Of a stretch of DNA of 48,279 bases, positions 15,023 through 20,552 are shown one piece after another. Numbering within the stretch: position 1 is the first letter of the stretch; each line of letters opens with the position of its first letter. The DNA comes from a virus. Location of the stretch: positions 1-48,279 of IMG/VR virus record IMGVR_UViG_3300017446_000001; one strand, written 5' to 3'. A program made the translations under genes and the position numbers. A model generated the notes under the pieces. It saw only the letters and a program-made list of their open reading frames with translations, did not search any database and was not told where the DNA came from.

Positions 15023-15071
15023 CACCCACGTCAGCGGCACGCTACGGTGTGCCGCTTGGTGGATGCCAGCC
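15020..15071 (+). repeat. Intergenic hairpin element, copy 1 (stop codon + UACG-loop hairpin + GATGCCAGC box)
   Basis: The sequence is TGAcacccacgtc AGCGGCACGC-TACG-GTGTGCCGCT tggtgGATGCCAGCc. The stem sequence differs from copies 2 and 3 but stays complementary. Confidence 0.7.
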
Positions 15072-15084
15072 ATAGGAGCGCAGC

Positions 15085-15297
15085 ATGTACAGCAATCGCC
15101 TAGAACGCCACGGTAGCCCCGTGCAGTGGGTTGGCCGCTTCACCACCATAGAAGCGGCGGGCGCAGCTGCACGCCGCCTGTGCAAGCACCCTGCTAGCGA
15201 TCTGGTCGAAACGTGGTGGGGTCGTGATCAGGGTGCCGATGGCTTCCGTGGCACCACGAAAATCGCGGTACGCTTCGCAGAGGACTACCGGAAATAA
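15085..15297 (+). CDS. Hypothetical early protein (70 aa)
   Basis: It has an AGGAG RBS. Translation is MYSNRLERHGSPVQWVGRFTTIEAAGAAARRLCKHPASDLVETWWGRDQGADGFRG... Confidence 0.7.
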   Translation: MYSNRLERHGSPVQWVGRFTTIEAAGAAARRLCKHPASDLVETWWGRDQGADGFRGTTKIAVRFAEDYRK

Positions 15298-15298
15298 T

Positions 15299-15315
15299 CT
15301 GCACAAATCGTACAG
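15299..15315. promoter_or_regulatory. Operator-like 17-bp motif, copy 5 (inverted orientation)
   Basis: CTGCACAAATCGTACAG is the reverse complement of copy 4 with one substitution. It lies at the same distance (7 nt) from TTGACC. Confidence 0.6.
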
Positions 15316-15322
15316 ATTGCTG

Positions 15323-15351
15323 TTGACCACGGTTTATCCACACGCTACCTT
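15323..15351 (+). promoter_or_regulatory. Putative early promoter (repeat cassette B)
   Basis: The sequence is TTGACC, a 17-nt spacer, then TACCTT. It shares the flanking block and the downstream leader AAGGGTTTACAAAATG with cassette A. Confidence 0.5.
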
Positions 15352-15404
15352 CCTAATCACGCCAGGCAGACAGGCTGCCAGGCACACAGACAAGGGTTTA
15401 CAAA

Positions 15405-15800
15405 ATGACCAACATTTACGATCAGCACCGCGCCGCCTTCGCCAATGTCTCGGCCTATGTGATCCTCGACGGTGCCGAACTGGTGGCTAAGGTGGCCATC
15501 AAGTTCCCTCGCGACGGTGCCAGCCGCGACTACGCCTATGTGCACTTCATGGGCGAGCCGATGGTGCGCGGCTTCGCTGGTGGTGGTGGCTATGACAAGC
15601 GCAGCGCCGCTTGCGCGGATGCCGCTTGCAAACTGCCGCTGCACCTGTCCAATGCAAGCTACCCGGACGGCACGCCGCACTATACCGAGGCGCAGAAAGA
15701 GCGTTTCGCCGCCTTCCGCAATCTCATGACCGCAGATGACGGCCACACGTGGGATCGCCGCCTGGCTGACTTTGGCTTCACTGTCATTCAGGCCGTCTGA
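15405..15800 (+). CDS. Hypothetical early protein (131 aa)
   Basis: Translation is MTNIYDQHRAAFANVSAYVILDGAELVAKVAIKFPRDGASRDYAYVHFMGEPMVRGFAGGGGYDKRSAACADAA... The composition looks coding. Confidence 0.75.
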   Translation: MTNIYDQHRAAFANVSAYVILDGAELVAKVAIKFPRDGASRDYAYVHFMGEPMVRGFAGGGGYDKRSAACADAACKLPLHLSNASYPDGTPHYTEAQKERFAAFRNLMTADDGHTWDRRLADFGFTVIQAV

Positions 15801-15847
15801 CATCTAGACGCCCGGCGCTACGGTGCCGGGCTTGATAGATGCCAGCA
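15798..15847 (+). repeat. Intergenic hairpin element, copy 2
   Basis: The sequence is TGAcatctagac GCCCGGCGC-TACG-GTGCCGGGC ttgataGATGCCAGCa. It is 49/50 identical to 16179-16228. Confidence 0.8.
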
Positions 15848-15878
15848 TGTTGCACGCATCAAGCACAAGGATTGCGCC

Positions 15879-16181
15879 ATGTCCGCTCTTACCATCACGA
15901 CCAATAACCAGCCGCGTGATATCGTTTACTGGTGGCAGCTTACGGCCAAGGAACAGGCCGAATTTGATTGGCTGGACACGGCGGACAAGCAGGAAGCGGC
16001 TAGCTTTGTGCGATATCGCGGCGAGGTTTACGCCACGGGTGAGTTTAGCACCCTGCGCAACACAGGGACGCCCGAGTTCAAGACTTGGGATGGCTACCAT
16101 GGCGACAGCTACTTTTCCGGCGTCGTGCTGCGCTACACTCGCGACCATGAACGGGTGATCATGGGCACATACTGCTGCTGA
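15879..16181 (+). CDS. Hypothetical early protein (100 aa)
   Basis: It has an AAGGA RBS. Translation is MSALTITTNNQPRDIVYWWQLTAKEQAEFDWLDTADKQEAASFVRYRGEVYATGEF... Confidence 0.75.
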   Translation: MSALTITTNNQPRDIVYWWQLTAKEQAEFDWLDTADKQEAASFVRYRGEVYATGEFSTLRNTGTPEFKTWDGYHGDSYFSGVVLRYTRDHERVIMGTYCC

Positions 16182-16228
16182 CATCTAGACGCCCGGCGCT
16201 ACGGTGCCGGGCTTGGTAGATGCCAGCA
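16179..16228 (+). repeat. Intergenic hairpin element, copy 3
   Basis: The sequence is TGAcatctagac GCCCGGCGC-TACG-GTGCCGGGC ttggtaGATGCCAGCa. Confidence 0.8.
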
Positions 16229-16258
16229 ACCCGCTAGCGTCCCGCAAGGATCAGGACC

Positions 16259-16501
16259 ATGCATGCAGTGATCATTGAGCAAGGCCATGGATACACTATA
16301 GCTTCGCATGGCAACGGCACCGCTTACGCCATTGTTCGGGAGCGCGATGCCGCAGAGTTCTTTGTGCAGGGTGATGACGCTACCGCCCTTCGCGCTGAGT
16401 ATGACGAACTGAAAGAGGACGCCGGCCAGCCCAACACGCGCGCTTCGCGCTTCACTTGGCGCGAGACGCTGGACACGATGCTGGGCGCCTACTTTGACTG
16501 A
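16259..16501 (+). CDS. Hypothetical early protein (80 aa)
   Basis: It has an AAGGA RBS. Translation is MHAVIIEQGHGYTIASHGNGTAYAIVRERDAAEFFVQGDDATALRAEYDELKEDAG... Confidence 0.7.
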   Translation: MHAVIIEQGHGYTIASHGNGTAYAIVRERDAAEFFVQGDDATALRAEYDELKEDAGQPNTRASRFTWRETLDTMLGAYFD

Positions 16502-16600
16502 CAGCCTGCCATGGCCGTTCCTCGCGGCCGTCACCCTCGCACTGTCAGCCGCTGGCTGGCTTCCCGCCTTCCTTGTTTGGAGCATGTGACCGTGGCAACC

Positions 16601-16864
16601 ATGAAACAGGTAAACGACGCCCGCGCCGTGTGGAGCGCAGCGTGCGATGCAGTCTATGCGCTGGCGCTGCCGCGTACCGACGTGAAGTTCCGCGATTGCT
16701 TGGCGCTGTGCCCGGACACCGCTCGCACCTATGAAGCGGCACGGGCAGCGCTGGACGCCATGGAAGCTAGTGCCATTGCGGAAGGGCGGGCGTGGCGCAG
16801 CGCTGCGGGGCTTTCGTGGTATCACCCCAACGGCCGCAAGCTGGCCATGGGACGGCGCGCATGA
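16601..16864 (+). CDS. Hypothetical early protein (start uncertain)
   Basis: Translation is MKQVNDARAVWSAACDAVYALALPRTDVKFRDCLALCPDTARTYEAARAALDAMEASAIAEG... Alternative starts are the GTG at 16586 and the ATG at 16511. The Arg-rich N-terminal extension from 16511 overlaps nested inverted repeats (16500-16560) and looks non-coding. Confidence 0.6.
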   Translation: MKQVNDARAVWSAACDAVYALALPRTDVKFRDCLALCPDTARTYEAARAALDAMEASAIAEGRAWRSAAGLSWYHPNGRKLAMGRRA

Positions 16865-16989
16865 TCCGCACCATTCACTTCCTGCCCCATGGCAGGACGC
16901 GCATAGAGCGCAGCACCTGGCACCGCGTGACCGGGTGGACCGCTCGCCAGGCTGCTAGGCTGGAACGCCTACTAGACCGCCTTTGGTAG
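16861..16989 (+). CDS. Hypothetical 42-aa protein
   Basis: It has an ATGA overlap with the upstream gene. Translation is MIRTIHFLPHGRTRIERSTWHRVTGWTARQAARLERLLDRLW. Confidence 0.5.
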   Translation: MIRTIHFLPHGRTRIERSTWHRVTGWTARQAARLERLLDRLW

Positions 16990-17016
16990 CGTCCGCATCG
17001 GCCCTAACCGACCAGT

Positions 17017-17050
17017 AGCCCCGGCACCCCGCCGGGGCTTTTTGCGTTTC
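17017..17050 (+). terminator. Rho-independent terminator ending the first early gene block
   Basis: AGCCCCGGC-ACCCC-GCCGGGGCT is followed by TTTTGCGTTT. Confidence 0.85.
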
Positions 17051-17123
17051 AGGCCCGGTAAATCCGACCCTAGGTCGTGCCGTCCTGGCCGTAATGGATC
17101 ATGGGCGTCTGGCATTTGATGTG

Positions 17124-17152
17124 TTGCTTTACGAAACGTCCAGGTGTACGTT
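17124..17152 (+). promoter_or_regulatory. Putative promoter of the second early operon
   Basis: The sequence is TTGCTT, a 17-nt spacer, then TACGTT. The -10 hexamer lies inside operator-like copy 6. Confidence 0.4.
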
Positions 17153-17160
17153 CTGTGCAG
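17144..17160. promoter_or_regulatory. Operator-like 17-bp motif, copy 6
   Basis: GTGTACGTTCTGTGCAG is followed by AT. It overlaps the candidate -10 and transcription start region. Confidence 0.55.
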
Positions 17161-17180
17161 ATGAACAGAAAGTACAGGTT

Positions 17181-17402
17181 ATGGAACAGGTCACGATCAC
17201 GATCACCACCAGCACCGACAAAATGCGCAGCCAGCCTGCCGAGCAGATCGCGCAGGCCCTGCACAGCGTGGCGCACCGCGTGCTGGTGCACGGCTGGCCG
17301 CCCGAAGGCCACGGCGGCATGGTGGTGACGCCCATTTACGACACCAAGGGCGAGCGCTGCGGCGAGATGATCGTGGCGCCCGTCCCGGCCAGCCGCGCAT
17401 GA
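17181..17402 (+). CDS. Hypothetical early protein (73 aa)
   Basis: The ATG at 17181 lies downstream of the terminator and promoter. Translation is MEQVTITITTSTDKMRSQPAEQIAQALHSVAHRVLVHGWPPEGHGGMVVTPIYDTKGERCGEMIV... The listed start at 17094 precedes the promoter and is rejected. Confidence 0.65.
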   Translation: MEQVTITITTSTDKMRSQPAEQIAQALHSVAHRVLVHGWPPEGHGGMVVTPIYDTKGERCGEMIVAPVPASRA

Positions 17403-17644
17403 CCCGCCGCGTCCGTCCCAGCGTGGACCCCCGGCCGCCCGAGGACGAGCGCGCAGCACCTGGCGAGCGCATCGCACAGATCACCTTTCCGAGCGGCCGC
17501 ACGGTGCTCGTTTCCGCGCGCATTCGGGATGACGGCGCCGAGGAAGTCGTGCTATTTGAAGCCAGCCGCGGCGTCCGCACCTACTGCGAGACGCGCATCA
17601 AGAACCTCACGGCGCGGCGCAACCGCGAGAAGGCAGCAGCATGA
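17399..17644 (+). CDS. Hypothetical early protein (81 aa)
   Basis: It has an ATGA overlap. Translation is MTRRVRPSVDPRPPEDERAAPGERIAQITFPSGRTVLVSARIRDDGAEEVVLFEASRGVRTYCETRIKNL... Confidence 0.6.
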   Translation: MTRRVRPSVDPRPPEDERAAPGERIAQITFPSGRTVLVSARIRDDGAEEVVLFEASRGVRTYCETRIKNLTARRNREKAAA

Positions 17645-17766
17645 CGACCCTTGAATGGTTTCTGACAGTCTGCGGGATGTCGGCCGTTGGCGCCCTCGTA
17701 TTCACCGGGATGGGCTATCTCATTGTCTGGATCACGGGCACCGACAGCTACGACGGGCACGACTGA
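17641..17766 (+). CDS. Small single-pass membrane protein (41 aa, not in the ORF track)
   Basis: It has an ATGA overlap. Manual translation is MTTLEWFLTVCGMSAVGALVFTGMGYLIVWITGTDSYDGHD, with one long hydrophobic segment. Confidence 0.55.
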   Translation: MTTLEWFLTVCGMSAVGALVFTGMGYLIVWITGTDSYDGHD

Positions 17767-17837
17767 CAGCCGCCTAGGGGGCCGGTAGCGCGACCCCCGA
17801 ACGGCTGCCAGTTCCGGCACCGAACACGGAGTGCACC

Positions 17838-18302
17838 ATGACCATCACGACCATGAAGGAAGCCCGCGAGCGCTGTGCGCAGTTGGGCATCACGCCGGCC
17901 CGCAGCCTGGCCGAGACGCTGGCGCGCATCGAGAACGCCGAGAAGTTCGCGCACGTAGGCGCCACGCTGCAGCAGGCAGAAGCGACCGACAGCGCGTATC
18001 ACGCCGAGGACGCCGCTTTCTACGAGGGCACCGAGCACGTGCCCGAGCCCATTGCCGCTATGGCCGCGGTGATGGACGAGATGCCGCAGATCGAGCGCGC
18101 GGTGGCGGCGGCCCCGGAACTTGGCCTGCCGTATGGTGGCACTGTCGGCAAGATGGCCATTGAGGGCGCGTGGCTGTCGGATAGGGCTGCGCGCAAGCAG
18201 CCCGCGCGCAGCCCGGCCAGTGTCAGCGCCGACCAGCAGCGCCGGCTGCGGCGCAAGCAGATGCGCAAGGCCACGCAGCGCGCCCAGCGCCGCCACGCAT
18301 GA
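17838..18302 (+). CDS. Hypothetical early protein (154 aa) with a basic C-terminus
   Basis: It has an ACGGAG RBS. Translation is MTITTMKEARERCAQLGITPARSLAETLARIENAEKFAHVG...ADQQRRLRRKQMRKATQRAQRRHA. Confidence 0.7.
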   Translation: MTITTMKEARERCAQLGITPARSLAETLARIENAEKFAHVGATLQQAEATDSAYHAEDAAFYEGTEHVPEPIAAMAAVMDEMPQIERAVAAAPELGLPYGGTVGKMAIEGAWLSDRAARKQPARSPASVSADQQRRLRRKQMRKATQRAQRRHA

Positions 18303-18484
18303 CCCTGCCTGCGCAATGCGCGGCGACTGCACAGGCCGATGGCGGGTTTCGCTGTCGGCCGTGCGGCACCGCGTGGGACCGGGACGACGATCCGCCGCCC
18401 TGCCCCAAAGACCCCGACGTGCAGCTTGGCCCCTGTGGCAAGGAATGCGCGAAGTGCCCCATCAACACGGAGTGCAAGCCATGA
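18299..18484 (+). CDS. Cys-rich small protein (61 aa), possible zinc-binding
   Basis: It has an ATGA overlap. Translation is MTLPAQCAATAQADGGFRCRPCGTAWDRDDDPPPCPKDPDVQLGPCGKECAKCPINTECKP, with 8 Cys including CRPC and CGKECAKC. Confidence 0.6.
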   Translation: MTLPAQCAATAQADGGFRCRPCGTAWDRDDDPPPCPKDPDVQLGPCGKECAKCPINTECKP

Positions 18485-18687
18485 GCCTGACATCCCGCAT
18501 GCAGAACTGGCTGGAAGTGAACCGCACCTGGCTGCCCGAGGCGGCCACGGACGACATGGAGGACATGCTGGTCGAGGTGGCCACCATGGAACTCGGCAAG
18601 GACGGCGCGATGGCGCACTTCGCCAAATCGTGCGTGGTGGAGGGGCAGAACGTGCTGCCCTTCGTGCCGCCGGGTAGCGCACCGTGA
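18481..18687 (+). CDS. Hypothetical early protein (68 aa)
   Basis: It has an ATGA overlap. Translation is MSLTSRMQNWLEVNRTWLPEAATDDMEDMLVEVATMELGKDGAMAHFAKSCVVEGQNVLPFVPPGSAP. The rest of the listed 188-aa ORF is a shadow frame. Confidence 0.65.
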   Translation: MSLTSRMQNWLEVNRTWLPEAATDDMEDMLVEVATMELGKDGAMAHFAKSCVVEGQNVLPFVPPGSAP

Positions 18688-18965
18688 CCCGCGCCTTTGA
18701 GTGGATGCCCGCGCAGGTTCCGCCGGACACCAACCGTCAGGTGTTTGTGTATGCGCCTGAATATGTGAACTATATGCGCGAATTTCCGCGTGAAACTTGT
18801 GTAGCTTGCTACGACATCACAAAGTCCGAAACGGGCGCGTGCTGGTTTGACAGTAGCAACTACCATCCGCTGGCTAAAAACGTAACCATGTGGGCCGAGA
18901 TACCGTGGCCAGACGACGTGGACGTGATGCGGCATTTTAGACAGTTCAACCCATACGAGCCTTGA
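18684..18965 (+). CDS. Hypothetical early protein (93 aa), DUF551-like pattern
   Basis: It has a GTGA overlap. Translation is (M)TRAFEWMPAQVPPDTNRQVFVYAPEYVNYMREFPRETCVACYDITKSETGACWFDSSNYHPLAKNVTMWAEIPWP. The family assignment is by eye only. Confidence 0.6.
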   Translation: MTRAFEWMPAQVPPDTNRQVFVYAPEYVNYMREFPRETCVACYDITKSETGACWFDSSNYHPLAKNVTMWAEIPWPDDVDVMRHFRQFNPYEP

Positions 18966-18991
18966 CCGCTAGGCCCTTCGGGGCCTACGGT
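18962..18991 (+). promoter_or_regulatory. Stop-codon-embedded TTGACC-18-TACGGT promoter-like element with an internal UUCG hairpin
   Basis: TTGACC contains the TGA stop at 18963-18965. The hairpin is TAGGCCC-TTCG-GGGCCTA (18970-18987). TACGGT lies at 18986-18991, and the same TACGGT hexamer occurs in the three hairpin elements at 15020, 15798 and 16179. Confidence 0.4.
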
Positions 18992-19026
18992 TAAATTCTT
19001 AACAACCCTCTTTTGGAGCAACATCC

Positions 19027-19998
19027 ATGATCGACATGGACATCCCGGCGCCGCTGCCGGAACACGCCGTAACGCAGGTGATGCGCAACGCCGAAGCGCG
19101 CATGGCGGACGGCAGCAACGCGCAGGTGGTGCTGGTCGACGCCGTGCTGGAATACGCGGCCGATCAGAAGGTGTTCGATCTGCTGCCGCTCGTCGAGGGC
19201 GACATGAAGCTGCAGACGATGATCCTGGGCATCGAGAACGGCGTGGTCGTCAAGGTGCTGACCGACCTGGCGCCCGAGGTGCTGGACAAGCTGGACGTGT
19301 CCAAGCTGGACATCGTGGTCAAGGATGAGACGACGGGCGTGCTCGATGCGCGCGAAACCTGCATGAACGTGATGTTCGCCGCGCTGGCGAAGCGTCACAA
19401 GCCCATCGGCGCCAACCGCGGCAAGTGGCTGTCCAAGATGGGGTTCGCGAAGTCGCACACCGACGCGCTGTCGCCCAGCACCATGACGCCGCCGACCGAC
19501 GTGGACAGCCCGCCGCCCCCGACGCCCGAGCAGCTGTTGGTCGGGCATCCTGACGAGCCCGCGGAAGCCGCAGTTCTGCCCCCGCCGGGTGTTCTGTCGC
19601 CCCCGCCGGGCGTCCTGCCGCCCCCGCCGCCTGTCCTGGCCCCGCCGCCCGCCGTGCTGCCGCCCCCGCCTGTCGCGCAGCCGCCGGCACCGCCCTTCGA
19701 GCACACCGTGGCCCCCGAGGGCTCGGTGCCGGCCGCGCCTGCCGATGTCAGCGGGCCGGTCACGCCCGGCGTGATCCGCATGGCCTTCCTGACGTTCCGC
19801 GACGCCCTGAGCCTTAAGGACGACGAACTGGCCGAGATGATGGGCATCTCGCGCACCACGCTGTCCAACATGATGACGGGCAAGACGGCCAAGCCGAAGT
19901 GCGATTTCCACCAGTCGCGCAAGATGCTGGCGGACATCGACATCCGCATCTCGAAGCTGCGGCAGGCGGCCGAGGTGTTCGCCGCGATCAAGCTGTGA
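19027..19998 (+). CDS. DNA-binding protein with a C-terminal XRE-type helix-turn-helix and a poly-proline repeat linker
   Basis: The 323-aa ORF has a GGAG RBS. The linker is PPPGVLSPPPGVLPPPPPVLAPPPAVLPPPPVAQPPAPP. The HTH is LSLKDDELAEMMGISRTTLSNMMTGKTAKP. Confidence 0.75.
   Translation: MIDMDIPAPLPEHAVTQVMRNAEARMADGSNAQVVLVDAVLEYAADQKVFDLLPLVEGDMKLQTMILGIENGVVVKVLTDLAPEVLDKLDVSKLDIVVKDETTGVLDARETCMNVMFAALAKRHKPIGANRGKWLSKMGFAKSHTDALSPSTMTPPTDVDSPPPPTPEQLLVGHPDEPAEAAVLPPPGVLSPPPGVLPPPPPVLAPPPAVLPPPPVAQPPAPPFEHTVAPEGSVPAAPADVSGPVTPGVIRMAFLTFRDALSLKDDELAEMMGISRTTLSNMMTGKTAKPKCDFHQSRKMLADIDIRISKLRQAAEVFAAIKL
19576..19675. repeat. Degenerate tandem repeat (about 18-21 nt x 5) encoding PPPxVL units
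   Basis: The units are ctgcccccgccgggtgtt / ctgtcgcccccgccgggcgtc / ctgccgcccccgccgcctgtc / ctggccccgccgcccgccgtg / ctgccgcccccgcctgtc. Confidence 0.8.
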
Positions 19999-20552
19999 CA
20001 TCGCCTATCGTGGTCGGTGTGGACCCCGGCGGGAAGGGCGCGTTCGCGCTCTACCGTCCGGGCTTCTACGCGCCGCCCGCGCCTCCGGGCATGAAGCGGG
20101 CGGCAGCGCCGCAGCTGATGCTGTGGGACATGCCGACCAAGAAGGTGCAAGTGAGCAGGAACACGGAAAAGACCGTGGTCGATCTGTTCGCACTGCACGC
20201 CTTGGCGCAACTGCTGGTGGGCACGATGGGCGCGCAGCGCGTGATCATCGAGAAGGTGGGCGGCATGCCAGGCCAGGGCAGCGGCTTCACCTTCGGCTGG
20301 AACACCGGCATCGTGCACATGGCGTTCATCGCCGCGGGCATCGAGCCCGAGACGCTGGCGCCGACGCGGTGGAAAAACGAGATGAAGCTGGACAAGGACA
20401 AGAACAAGTCCGTGTTCATGGCGGACGAGTTGTTCCCGGCGCACGTTGCGGAGTTCAGGGCGCCCAACAAGGCCAAGAAGGGCGCTTTCGTGGTCAGGAA
20501 GGATCGCGCCGAGGCGGCGCTGATCGCATATTGGGGCGCTACGCATCCATGA
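19995..20552 (+). CDS. RuvC-like Holliday junction resolvase
   Basis: It has a GTGA overlap. Translation is (M)TSPIVVGVDPGGKGAFALY...RVIIEKVGGMPGQGSGFTFGWNTGIVHMAF...RKDRAEAALIAYWG, with the catalytic D, E and D positions typical of phage RuvC-type nucleases. Confidence 0.75.
   Translation: MTSPIVVGVDPGGKGAFALYRPGFYAPPAPPGMKRAAAPQLMLWDMPTKKVQVSRNTEKTVVDLFALHALAQLLVGTMGAQRVIIEKVGGMPGQGSGFTFGWNTGIVHMAFIAAGIEPETLAPTRWKNEMKLDKDKNKSVFMADELFPAHVAEFRAPNKAKKGAFVVRKDRAEAALIAYWGATHP

Noticed and set aside
16511-16600. The N-terminal extension (MAVPRGRHPRTVSRWLASRLPCLEHVTVAT) of the 16511-16864 ORF.
   Set aside because: It has no RBS, is Arg-rich, and coincides with nested inverted repeats (CTGACAG...CTGTCAG and GGCCG-TTCCTCG-CGGCC) that look like an intergenic RNA structure. 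A downstream start at 16586 or 16601 is preferred, although it is uncertain.
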